Sequence record: OR352938.1
Direction: 5' to 3' (one strand)
Source of the DNA: Escherichia phage AV108
Length of the DNA stretch: 64,000 bases
A program made the translations under genes and the position numbers. The notes beneath the pieces were generated by a model. It worked only from the letters and a program-made list of their open reading frames with translations. It did no database searches and was not told the DNA's origin. The stretch's first letter is position 1. The number at the start of each line of letters is the position of its first letter. This document shows positions 19,602-27,768 of the stretch, in pieces.

Positions 19602-20776
19602 GCACTAACTTTTTTCTTTACTGCTTTCACCTTCTGGCGAATTGCTCGAATCTCTTCGATCTCTTTTTCAGTATCTTTAACAATTTCTTTGCGATTCTGA
19701 ATATCTTTATCGAGATTATCATCAAGTTTAGGCAGCATGTCAATCAAGAACTTTTTAAGGTCTTTCAGGTTGCGAATAACAGTACCTTCACCCATTACCG
19801 CCACGCCTACACCATCCGGCAGATCACCAAACAGTTTAACCAGTTCAGACAGATGATCATGATCTTCTAGTGCTTCTTCCGGTTCAGATGGCAGTTCAAC
19901 AAAGTAATAACGTTCATCATTGCTGATCAGGTGATACCAGCAAAGCCCAAAAGATTTAGGAGTATATTCTACACCACCAACTTCAACTGCGTCAACACTT
20001 CCGAAAGAATCTACTTTAGTTACCTTAAATCCATGTTCCAGCGTTTTAATAATTTCAATAACATGACTGGATACGGTTTCAGTATTAAACCAATGAGGCA
20101 AATTATGTGGATTTGGCTTGTATCGTTCGCCTACTTTAAATCTCTGACCACGCTCTTGCATACGGACATATTCAACTCGCGTGATTTCCGCGAAGTATTC
20201 AAATTCGCTACCGTCAAACAAGCAATTCCATTGATCACAAAAACGATCCGCCTTGACGGTTTCACCTTTCGCGGTGATCATGGTAGCTGATCCGTGCAAT
20301 TCTTCTTCAACTAAAAAGCCATATTCGACAAAATCAACAAGTTTCATGGCTTCTTTGTGCTCTGGGTCATGCTCTCCCCAGAATCGCTTAAATTCTTGCA
20401 AACCTTCTGGGGTAAACGAATAACATTTACCTTTTTCAAAGTAAGTCGGCATTGCATCCTCTTTCTTGTTCATCGCTTCGTATGCCTCTTTTGAGATACG
20501 TTTAAAGTATTTGCGCTCATTGTGCATAATCATAGTAGACCAATAATAAACGATATCCTCAGCGGAATAAACTACATCTCCAGCTTCAATAGTAATAACA
20601 TGACCGTGGTCATCTTTTTCTAATACTTTAAAGCCCTTTTCTACGATTTCAGCAACCCGAATATGACCACGGCGCGAAGCATCGGTCAGAATAATTGAAT
20701 AGCGAGAAAAGTCTAGAAACTCATCTTTACCGCCTTCACGGAATGCATAGTAATGACCTTCAAAGAATTTAGCCAT
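19598..20776 (-). CDS. Paralog family protein (member F, three tandem core repeats, 392 aa)
   Basis: Three copies of GF(K/L)V...ER.YF core (GFKVLEKDD.., GFLVEEEL.., GFKVTKVD..) plus C-terminal coiled coil. Confidence 0.55.
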   Translation of the reverse strand: MAKFFEGHYYAFREGGKDEFLDFSRYSIILTDASRRGHIRVAEIVEKGFKVLEKDDHGHVITIEAGDVVYSAEDIVYYWSTMIMHNERKYFKRISKEAYEAMNKKEDAMPTYFEKGKCYSFTPEGLQEFKRFWGEHDPEHKEAMKLVDFVEYGFLVEEELHGSATMITAKGETVKADRFCDQWNCLFDGSEFEYFAEITRVEYVRMQERGQRFKVGERYKPNPHNLPHWFNTETVSSHVIEIIKTLEHGFKVTKVDSFGSVDAVEVGGVEYTPKSFGLCWYHLISNDERYYFVELPSEPEEALEDHDHLSELVKLFGDLPDGVGVAVMGEGTVIRNLKDLKKFLIDMLPKLDDNLDKDIQNRKEIVKDTEKEIEEIRAIRQKVKAVKKKVSA

Positions 20777-20807
20777 AATATAATCCTCTCGTTGTTTAGA
20801 TGGGAGT

Positions 20808-20836
20808 ATCTTACTACTCCCGTTTCATCATGTCAA
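20808..20836 (-). promoter_or_regulatory. sigma70-type early promoter
   Basis: TTGACA-N17-TAAGAT embedded in GGGAGTAGTAAGATACTCCC palindrome. Confidence 0.45.
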
Positions 20837-21399
20837 GCGTTAAATGACTTTTGGATCTCTTTCAGTTCAGCTACTTTATCGGCGCTGAATTTAGCGTAGG
20901 TATCATGTCGAATAATTTCACTTTCAAGAAAGGTTTCCAGCCGAGATCTATTTTCAATAAGGAACTCTTTCAGGTCTTCCGCGTTCTTGATAAAGATTTT
21001 ATTGTCAGTAATGTCATCTTCAATCGCAAAGGAGATAGAGCGAACTTTACCAAACAAGTTAATCAGATCTTCCAGAGATTCTTCTTTCTTAACTGGTTTC
21101 ATTTCTTCAAACTGCTTTTTAGTGATGCGTTTAAAGTATTTGCGCTCGCTTGCATCAATCATGATTGATGCACCCTCATAATCATGAGTTTCTACCAAAT
21201 ACACTTTACCCATAACATTAACCGTAAGAACTTTAAAGCCCCTGTGAAGCACACCATACAGGAACTTGTTATGTTGTGGGTAGCGTTTAACAAATTCCTC
21301 TGCGGACTTAGCATTACGGAAAGTGTAATAACGACCTCGTTCAAAAACAGCATCATTTGAAGACTTAGCCGGATACAATTTATACGTTTTCTGTACCAT
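20833..21399 (-). CDS. Paralog family protein (member G)
   Basis: GFKVLTVNVMGKVYLVETHDYEGASIMIDASERKYFKRITK nearly identical motif to member F; start at MVQKTYKLY with GAGGA RBS. Confidence 0.55.
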   Translation of the reverse strand: MVQKTYKLYPAKSSNDAVFERGRYYTFRNAKSAEEFVKRYPQHNKFLYGVLHRGFKVLTVNVMGKVYLVETHDYEGASIMIDASERKYFKRITKKQFEEMKPVKKEESLEDLINLFGKVRSISFAIEDDITDNKIFIKNAEDLKEFLIENRSRLETFLESEIIRHDTYAKFSADKVAELKEIQKSFNA

Positions 21400-21425
21400 A
21401 ATATAATCCTCTATCATTTCACTAA

Positions 21426-21686
21426 TTAAACAGCACGGAACAGAATGCGCTCACACGGAAGCAGCATAAATTCCCAACGCGGGTCAAAGTCTTTAGCGGT
21501 GTATGTTTTCCCATCAACCGCTATTTCACTTACATAACCAACAGGTGACACTTTAAGAACAGTAAACCCGTTCTTGATGACTTCGTAGGTATCTTTCACC
21601 CCTTCGTATTCATCATCTAAGAAGTCTTTATGTGCTTGCTCAGATTTAAAAACATAGGCCACACCGGATTTAAACATCTTACGCAT
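21426..21686 (-). CDS. Paralog family protein (member H, single core domain)
   Basis: AYVFKSEQAHKDF...IAVDGKTY matches member A N-terminus. Confidence 0.5.
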   Translation of the reverse strand: MRKMFKSGVAYVFKSEQAHKDFLDDEYEGVKDTYEVIKNGFTVLKVSPVGYVSEIAVDGKTYTAKDFDPRWEFMLLPCERILFRAV

Positions 21687-21717
21687 TGTTGATTCTCCTT
21701 CTTGATTAGATGGGAAT

Positions 21718-21747
21718 ATTTTACTACTCCCATTTCATGTTTGTCAA
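21718..21747 (-). promoter_or_regulatory. sigma70-type early promoter
   Basis: TTGACA-N18-TAAAAT with GGGAGTA...TATTCCC palindrome. Confidence 0.45.
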
Positions 21748-21750
21748 CTA

Positions 21751-22224
21751 CTATCTTAATCTTTGTATGAATTGTTTCTTATACTTCTTCGTGATTTCTT
21801 CTCGTGTATCAGCGTCGCAGTAATCGAAACCTTCTGCGTCCATAATATCAACCATCTCCGCGCGTGTCAAGCGTGAAAATCGTTTTACTTTATCAACAGC
21901 ATATTGAGGATGTAAATGATTGTTGGTGTAGTCTCCTTTGATGTAATTAACATAGTTTGTAGCCCAAACAACGAAATCAGCACCTAAAGCACCAACACCA
22001 AACCGTTTAAAGTCTCCGGTCAACGATCCTTCTAGGCGGTTGCAACACGAATGAAGCAATCCCCTTACGCGGCCTTGCCCTTTCCCATCTAGATCATGAT
22101 CATGGTCAAGATGGTTTTTGCTCATATCCTCAAAAAGTGGCAATTGACAAAGGGGGCAAATGCCCCCCTGTTTTTCGAATAGTTCTTGTTTGTACTCTTT
22201 AGCACTCTTAGCAGTCAGTAACAT
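21751..22224 (-). CDS. 49: Endonuclease VII (Holliday junction resolvase) gp49
   Basis: 157 aa from MLLTAK; CPLCQ...NHLDHDHDL...GRVRGLL...HPQY...RLTRAEM colinear with T4 endo VII; GGAGG RBS. Confidence 0.85.
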   Translation of the reverse strand: MLLTAKSAKEYKQELFEKQGGICPLCQLPLFEDMSKNHLDHDHDLDGKGQGRVRGLLHSCCNRLEGSLTGDFKRFGVGALGADFVVWATNYVNYIKGDYTNNHLHPQYAVDKVKRFSRLTRAEMVDIMDAEGFDYCDADTREEITKKYKKQFIQRLR

Positions 22225-22248
22225 AAATTCACCCTCCAAAGAAGGTAT

Positions 22249-22530
22249 TTAACCATTAATCTTGTTTTTGACTACAAAGGATCTGAACTCATCAAAACCA
22301 CCTATATAATCACCATTATAGAAAATCTGCGGCATGGTGGCAATAACTTCTACCCCTGCGCGATCCTGAATGTCGGCAATGATAGAATCAATCTTTACCG
22401 GACGACCGTTTTCGTCTACACCATCATTAACCGGAATGTAGATGTAAGGGATCTTACGCGATTCACAAAGGCGCTTTGCATTCTGGCAATACTTACAGTT
22501 GTAACCTTCAAAACCAAAAATTTCTACCAT
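22249..22530 (-). CDS. nrdC: Thioredoxin/glutaredoxin NrdC
   Basis: CKYCQNAKRL active site and MPQIF..GDYIGGFDEF as in T4 NrdC; start at MVEIFGF (ATG, GAGG RBS). Confidence 0.75.
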   Translation of the reverse strand: MVEIFGFEGYNCKYCQNAKRLCESRKIPYIYIPVNDGVDENGRPVKIDSIIADIQDRAGVEVIATMPQIFYNGDYIGGFDEFRSFVVKNKING

Positions 22531-22538
22531 ATTATACC

Positions 22539-23351
22539 TCAATCTACGTTAGTTACATAAACTTCTTGCGTATCAGAAGACTTGCCACCTGAACGATCTA
22601 GGCAATAGGTCTTATTCAACAGGACGCAGTTTAGATCATTCCGCTTGATAAAGTCAAGAAGATGATCATTTACCTTTCCCTTATGATGCGTGACATTACT
22701 GATACCAAACTGAAAACCACGCGCCATAATAGATTCTACCCACTGATAGAATTTAATCTCTTCCTCGTCACTCCAGAACTTATTATATTCCGCAGAAGTG
22801 ATAAGATACGGCGGGTCCAAATAAACGAAATCACCTGGCAAGATCTCGATCTCGTCATATCGTCCAGAAGTAAAAATGATTCGACCGTCTTTGTTTTCTT
22901 CCTTAAAATTCAGGACACGCTCTACCGCGTTTTCGTTAAAAGTCCGGCGACCAAAATTAGCATTAAATTCTCCCTTTCGGTTATGGCGGTTAATGTTGCT
23001 AAAACTGTGCTGAATCAACACAAACAGCGATAGCGGATCTGGATTCTCGTTATACTTCTTACGAAATGTCATGTAAGCGTCTTTATCTTCGCGAGACAAA
23101 TCATTTTCGGCAATAATCCGCTTGATCGTAGAAACCGGATCAGGACACTCGTCAATCGCTTTGTACGCGTCAATTAAGCGGTGATCATAGTCATTAGCCA
23201 GCACATCCCCTTCGACGTACAGAGACACGCTCAAGCCTCCACAAAAGGCATCAACAAAGCGGTTATAGTGCTTAGGGAAATACTTACTAACACCTGGCAA
23301 TAGCTTTTCCTTATTGCCAGTATAGGGAATTAAACCTAATGCTTTCTTCAT
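22539..23351 (-). CDS. dam: DNA adenine methyltransferase (Dam-like, alpha class)
   Basis: YTGNKEKLLP...RFVDAFCGGLSVSL (motif I) and FVYLDPPYLITSAEYNKFWSDEEE (motif IV) colinear with T4 Dam. Confidence 0.85.
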   Translation of the reverse strand: MKKALGLIPYTGNKEKLLPGVSKYFPKHYNRFVDAFCGGLSVSLYVEGDVLANDYDHRLIDAYKAIDECPDPVSTIKRIIAENDLSREDKDAYMTFRKKYNENPDPLSLFVLIQHSFSNINRHNRKGEFNANFGRRTFNENAVERVLNFKEENKDGRIIFTSGRYDEIEILPGDFVYLDPPYLITSAEYNKFWSDEEEIKFYQWVESIMARGFQFGISNVTHHKGKVNDHLLDFIKRNDLNCVLLNKTYCLDRSGGKSSDTQEVYVTNVD

Positions 23352-23782
23352 TATCCCTTCCTCAAATAAGTTCGCTCAATCTCTACCAGTTCGAAAAATT
23401 CCTGCCAATCACACGGAAAATTGCAGTTTCCGAAATGATCCTCTTTGTAAAGTTCTTTACCGGATGGCAGCTTAATATCTGTTACGCTGTAGTATCCGCA
23501 ACAATCGCAATCACCCTCTGTATATTCTGTTTTAGTCGGAATATCCAACATTGCCAGATACAAAGGTACATCGTCTTGCTCAAAGTTCATGTAACCTTCA
23601 TGGTCAAACGAGACAAAGTTATCATCGCCACCGAAAGGGATATAATGGTCATAATCTGTTACAGGTTGACCGTGTAATTCCCATTCTACAATTTTAACAT
23701 TACCGCTAAACTTGATACCCATAATTTCAACAAGAAAATGAGTATCGTCAATGTAAATCTTACTAGGGGTTGGATAAACCAT
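23351..23782 (-). CDS. Hypothetical protein (143 aa)
   Basis: Track ORF; Cys-rich C-terminal half (CDCCGY..CNFPC). Confidence 0.45.
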   Translation of the reverse strand: MVYPTPSKIYIDDTHFLVEIMGIKFSGNVKIVEWELHGQPVTDYDHYIPFGGDDNFVSFDHEGYMNFEQDDVPLYLAMLDIPTKTEYTEGDCDCCGYYSVTDIKLPSGKELYKEDHFGNCNFPCDWQEFFELVEIERTYLRKG

Positions 23783-23792
23783 TATATAATCC

Positions 23793-24089
23793 TCATATCT
23801 CAGAGAATAGAATCTCTGTTAGCTTAACTGACTGCTCTCTGAATGTTAGCGTATACTCGAAAGGAAAGTCAACACCCAACTTCAAAAGAGAATAGCCTAC
23901 AGCCTCTTTATGCTTATCGGTTAGAGCAATCCTAACCAATTCCCGTTGAATCTCTTTAGGCGGTGAATGGATAGTAACACGGGTATCATGCAATGTCCAG
24001 TCACCATTTCGAATTAAGATTAACGGTTTATCATCATTGAAGATCACCGACCCCTTTCCGGTAGGTGAGTGTTTTAGACTAATCATCAA
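23793..24089 (-). CDS. Hypothetical protein (98 aa)
   Basis: Track ORF. Confidence 0.4.
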   Translation of the reverse strand: MMISLKHSPTGKGSVIFNDDKPLILIRNGDWTLHDTRVTIHSPPKEIQRELVRIALTDKHKEAVGYSLLKLGVDFPFEYTLTFREQSVKLTEILFSEI

Positions 24090-24321
24090 ATTCTAAGAAA
24101 TATTCTGGAACGATATACCCGTTAAAGTCATTACACTTATAAAAATGTGGTGCATTCAATGCTGGATGAGCATTAGTAAAGAGTTTACCCTCTAGAAACA
24201 GAATGTAATTAATAGGTCTAATACCGACAGAATCAGGGTCTAAACCTTTTTCTTTCAGTTCAGCCAGCGTTAAAACTCGTCCAGATCGTAACTTAGCCAT
24301 GATTTGCCCCCAATTCATCAA
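24079..24321 (-). CDS. Hypothetical protein (80 aa)
   Basis: Track ORF. Confidence 0.4.
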   Translation of the reverse strand: MMNWGQIMAKLRSGRVLTLAELKEKGLDPDSVGIRPINYILFLEGKLFTNAHPALNAPHFYKCNDFNGYIVPEYFLEFDD

Positions 24322-24586
24322 GATTGTGTCGCAGCATTTCAGAGTATTTTTCTACTTCCTTAATCTTAGTGTGGATATCCACGATCTCATCCACACTATC
24401 AGAAATTTTAATGGCATTCGCGAGCGTGCTTTTACCCGCTTTCACAGTCTCTTTCATTTCAACCAACATGTCCGCGTGTTTCAATAGTAATTCTTCACGT
24501 CGAACATAAGCGGCGGTCAAAGCCTCATCAGCGATTTCTAAAGCATTTTCAGCGACACCAACAACCATTTTACGAGTAGACAGCAT
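24293..24586 (-). CDS. Hypothetical protein (97 aa)
   Basis: Track ORF; helical. Confidence 0.4.
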   Translation of the reverse strand: MLSTRKMVVGVAENALEIADEALTAAYVRREELLLKHADMLVEMKETVKAGKSTLANAIKISDSVDEIVDIHTKIKEVEKYSEMLRHNLDELGANHG

Positions 24587-24600
24587 AAATTCACCTCACA

Positions 24601-24909
24601 TTATTTCACGTTAACGCCGTCATCAATCCAGCCGACGCTATTGGGTTTAACAGTTTTACCATAGGATGCATACTTAATCAAGCATGGTTTAACATCATTA
24701 TCAAATCTTCCTAAACGTACTCCCAAATCAGGAATATCCATGTATGCGGCTTTATATCCCCATGTACCGTATTCAGAATCAATCTCAACCGGACGGCCTT
24801 TAAAAGCATACACTACACCGTGACGGTCAACGATAACATAGCAATAACCAGCCGGAAGATACACAGTTTCGCCGTAAACTTTAACTGGAGTAGCAGAAGA
24901 GATAAACAT
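24601..24909 (-). CDS. Hypothetical protein (~102 aa)
   Basis: Start at MFISSATPVKV directly after promoter cassette and GAGGA RBS. Confidence 0.5.
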   Translation of the reverse strand: MFISSATPVKVYGETVYLPAGYCYVIVDRHGVVYAFKGRPVEIDSEYGTWGYKAAYMDIPDLGVRLGRFDNDVKPCLIKYASYGKTVKPNSVGWIDDGVNVK

Positions 24910-24943
24910 AATATAATCCTCACATCGTTCATTTGATGCGGTC

Positions 24944-24972
24944 ATTATATGATAACCGCATTTTCATGTCAA
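24944..24972 (-). promoter_or_regulatory. sigma70-type early promoter (TTGACA-N17-TATAAT)
   Basis: TTGACA tgaaaatgcggttatca TATAAT. Confidence 0.5.
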
Positions 24973-24979
24973 CAGTTTT

Positions 24980-25288
24980 TTAAAAATCTTCTTCCGGTTT
25001 ATATCGACCGTCATCGACTGGTTTTGGACTGAATCCTTTATGCGTGCGCGGCTTCGCTTCCGGTTTACCAGCAATCATCAAACCAAAACATTTCAGCCCC
25101 TTATAACACATAACAATATCAACCACGGTCCACGTTATAGGCCATACGATTGCAGCAATACAAAATGCTCCTGTATCGACCTCTTTGGTGTCCTTGTCGA
25201 ATCTGGCGTACAAGCAGAATACTAGATACGAGATCATTGCACCAGTAGTCCAGATATAAAGCACATTAACAATATCTTGTGTTGTCAC
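24980..25288 (-). CDS. Small membrane protein (~100 aa)
   Basis: Two hydrophobic helices; probable GTG start right after upstream stop with AAGGAGGA RBS (track start 25402 overlaps upstream gene). Confidence 0.4.
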   Translation of the reverse strand: MTTQDIVNVLYIWTTGAMISYLVFCLYARFDKDTKEVDTGAFCIAAIVWPITWTVVDIVMCYKGLKCFGLMIAGKPEAKPRTHKGFSPKPVDDGRYKPEEDF

Positions 25289-25298
25289 ATTATCCTCC

Positions 25299-25577
25299 TT
25301 ACATGTCTTGCAGTGCATAAAAGCATTTTTCTTCATAGTCATAGAAAATGTCAAAGTATGCCTTTTCCACATACTCGCCATTAATCCAAGCGGCAGTAAC
25401 AATCAGAGTGGTCCAGTTAGATCCGCTCTCAACGGTAAAGGTTTTAATACCCAGCTTCGCTGCCAAGTCGAACGCAAACCGGACGCAACCACGACAGGAA
25501 GTGATATTGGAAGTTTTGATTTTAAAGCCACCGCGAGTTTTAGAAATTTCTACTTTAGCGAAAGACAGGTTGCTCAT
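25299..25577 (-). CDS. Hypothetical protein (~92 aa)
   Basis: Start MSNLSFAKVEI after GGAGAATCAAA RBS and promoter cassette. Confidence 0.5.
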   Translation of the reverse strand: MSNLSFAKVEISKTRGGFKIKTSNITSCRGCVRFAFDLAAKLGIKTFTVESGSNWTTLIVTAAWINGEYVEKAYFDIFYDYEEKCFYALQDM

Positions 25578-25619
25578 TTTGATTCTCCTTAAAAAAGTGT
25601 GTTTCGTTTTGATGTGTGT

Positions 25620-25648
25620 AGTATAGGGGATCACCGATCCCCTGTCAA
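25620..25648 (-). promoter_or_regulatory. sigma70-type early promoter (TTGACA-N17-TATACT)
   Basis: Spacer contains GGGGATCggtGATCCCC palindrome; conserved CATCAAAACGAAACACAC leader. Confidence 0.5.
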
Positions 25649-25656
25649 CAACTTTT

Positions 25657-25986
25657 TTATGATTTTAGTGAATTAACCACTACATCAAAATGATGTACAG
25701 AGCACACCTTACGAAACACATACTCATCATGTTTAGGGGTCGCCCCCAACCTCTCTATTTCGCTCGCCATAACGACAAACTGTTTATCTGGTGCATATGC
25801 CTTGTGTGCTTCAACAACGCACGGAAAACGCGTTTTAGAGAGTTCTGGATAGTTTTCTGAATCCAGAAGGACGATGAATACCCTATTACATTGATTGTAG
25901 AATCCGGTTTTTGATTTCATCAAGTTTTCTTCTCTGTGCAATTCGTGCAATCTTCCTTTCATGATTTCGTTGGTTCCTGTCTTCAT
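25657..25986 (-). CDS. Hypothetical protein (start uncertain)
   Basis: Track ORF; overlaps upstream ORF so true start probably internal. Confidence 0.4.
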   Translation of the reverse strand: MKTGTNEIMKGRLHELHREENLMKSKTGFYNQCNRVFIVLLDSENYPELSKTRFPCVVEAHKAYAPDKQFVVMASEIERLGATPKHDEYVFRKVCSVHHFDVVVNSLKS

Positions 25987-26227
25987 AGTCTACCCACTCA
26001 ACAAGATCTTTACCTAACTCGAAAGCCCATTCTCGATCCTGCTTTACGTTTTGTAGGTATGAGCTTTCCGACACTCGACGAAGTGATGTTGTCGTAACAA
26101 GAATGATCTCAGGAATGGTCGGATGTTCTTTTCCATATACAATAGGACGCGAGTCACTATCAATACCTTGTAAGAAGGTGTATCCTGAATCACTTAGAAT
26201 CATATACTTTTTCATTTCACACATCAC
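25886..26227 (-). CDS. Hypothetical protein (113 aa)
   Basis: Track ORF. Confidence 0.4.
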   Translation of the reverse strand: MMCEMKKYMILSDSGYTFLQGIDSDSRPIVYGKEHPTIPEIILVTTTSLRRVSESSYLQNVKQDREWAFELGKDLVEWVDYEDRNQRNHERKIARIAQRRKLDEIKNRILQSM

Positions 26228-26481
26228 AGTTTCCTCAACCAGTTATTCAAGCGAGTAAACCATGATGCTTTTCGTGCTTCTTTTACTTTATGTGCACGTA
26301 AACCACTGAAACACCATTCATAATCATCACTGAAACATGATTCAACAGGAACACCCGCATTTCGTAGTTCTCTGGTCTTTATCATGAATCCTTGACATAA
26401 GGGGCGACCTTCAACAATGATAGGAAGTTTAACTTTTTCCATGAAAGTATACCCAGCACGGTCAATAATTTCAATTTTCAT
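26224..26481 (-). CDS. Hypothetical protein (85 aa)
   Basis: Track ORF, ATGA coupling. Confidence 0.4.
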   Translation of the reverse strand: MKIEIIDRAGYTFMEKVKLPIIVEGRPLCQGFMIKTRELRNAGVPVESCFSDDYEWCFSGLRAHKVKEARKASWFTRLNNWLRKL

Positions 26482-26725
26482 TTACATTATCTCCATAGAT
26501 CTTTCCAGCAATATCAATTTCACCAGCGCGAACATCTAGGATAAGATGCGGTAGGTGTATGCAGTTTTCCCACCCTACGCGCTTCATTTCTTCTACGGTA
26601 ACGTAAGCCCACCCGTTCGCTGTAATAAAGTCTACTTCAACCTTGAGAGGAAAGCAAGACTTTTCTATGTCTTCGAATCCGACAATATGTTTTGTTGTTG
26701 AATATGGAATATATCCGGTGATCAT
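26471..26725 (-). CDS. Hypothetical protein (84 aa)
   Basis: Track ORF. Confidence 0.4.
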   Translation of the reverse strand: MITGYIPYSTTKHIVGFEDIEKSCFPLKVEVDFITANGWAYVTVEEMKRVGWENCIHLPHLILDVRAGEIDIAGKIYGDNVNEN

Positions 26726-27156
26726 TTTGTGATCTCCTTATACTCAACACACCATAAGCGGGTAGCCCATGATAAACGCTCATAACGCTGGCAGAAATCG
26801 GACCATAGATATTGTGCACCGTTCGGCATAGTTGAAATATGCGTTTTCTCTCCAACTTTCACGAAAGAAGTATTCGATTTTGTGATCTCGACCGGAGTAT
26901 ATCCGAAAGCGGGTTCCAAGCCAACATCTGAACTAAATGCCAATTTAACAGAATTTGTTTTTCTGACCGCTGTCCGGTTTCCTTCTGGGTATAGCACAGC
27001 AGGTTTAGCGCCTAAGCGGATAAACTCAGTATTTTTAATGAACAGAATATCATGATAACCGTCATATTCTGACACTTCCATAGTAACAGGAAAATCGACA
27101 TGTGCTAAACCTGGTAGATCTCGCATATCATGAAAGGTCGCCATCAACTTTTTCAT
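26722..27156 (-). CDS. Hypothetical protein (~144 aa)
   Basis: Start at MKKLMATF with GAGGA RBS. Confidence 0.45.
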   Translation of the reverse strand: MKKLMATFHDMRDLPGLAHVDFPVTMEVSEYDGYHDILFIKNTEFIRLGAKPAVLYPEGNRTAVRKTNSVKLAFSSDVGLEPAFGYTPVEITKSNTSFVKVGEKTHISTMPNGAQYLWSDFCQRYERLSWATRLWCVEYKEITK

Positions 27157-27166
27157 TCTATATTCC

Positions 27167-27364
27167 TCACTCTTCTGTTTCATTTCTTTTATATGGTACG
27201 ATAACAGGATTAATACAGCAAGCACCAATTACGTTATGAGCACCACAATTTAAACATTTATAGTCATGGAACTTATTAAGGAATCGACCAAACTCATAAC
27301 CGACTAGCGCCGCATGTACTTGAGTCTCGATCTCATCCATATCAGCCAATGTTTTAACCTTCAT
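27167..27364 (-). CDS. Small Cys-rich protein (~65 aa)
   Basis: CLNCGAHNVIGACC motif; start MKVKTLADM with GAGGA RBS. Confidence 0.45.
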   Translation of the reverse strand: MKVKTLADMDEIETQVHAALVGYEFGRFLNKFHDYKCLNCGAHNVIGACCINPVIVPYKRNETEE

Positions 27365-27374
27365 AGTATAATCC

Positions 27375-27665
27375 TCAAATGGTAGTTTTGCGAAGATGGT
27401 CATTACATGCTTTTAATGCATCAGTCGCGGTGTCATAGCGAGTATTATCATAGCACCAATAACCATCTGTCAACTGATAAATTAATCCATCCTTTTTAGC
27501 TTCGATGAAAGATAACTCTTTGAAAGTTTCTACTTTCTTTGCTGATACTCCACGGTCACGGCGTTTATAGAGTTTAGCTAAAATGCGTTCAGCTTGTTCC
27601 TCTTTATCACCTGACAGATCCCAGATGATGTTTCGGATATGCTTGATTAATTGTTCAGTGGTCAT
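27375..27665 (-). CDS. Hypothetical protein (96 aa)
   Basis: Directly after promoter cassette with GGAGAATCAAAG RBS. Confidence 0.5.
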   Translation of the reverse strand: MTTEQLIKHIRNIIWDLSGDKEEQAERILAKLYKRRDRGVSAKKVETFKELSFIEAKKDGLIYQLTDGYWCYDNTRYDTATDALKACNDHLRKTTI

Positions 27666-27694
27666 CTTTGATTCTCCTTAGTTGGTATGCGTGC

Positions 27695-27722
27695 ATTATA
27701 GCATTGTGATTATCTTTGTCAA
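27695..27722 (-). promoter_or_regulatory. sigma70-type early promoter (TTGACA-N16-TATAAT)
   Basis: TTGACA aagataatcacaatgc TATAAT. Confidence 0.5.
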
Positions 27723-27727
27723 CACCC

Positions 27728-27760
27728 AAAAACAAAAAAAGGCTACCCCGAAGGATAGCC
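27728..27760 (-). terminator. Rho-independent terminator after the glycine-rich gene
   Basis: Minus-strand GGGCTATCCttcgGGGTAGCC hairpin followed by TTTTTTTGTTTTT. Confidence 0.6.
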
Positions 27761-27768
27761 CATAAAAA

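Noticed and set aside
23797-23816. Inverted repeat CAGAGAttctattcTCTCTG as an intergenic terminator
   Set aside because: It lies inside the 3' end of the coding sequence of ORF 23793-24089 and lacks a U-run; treated as coding sequence.
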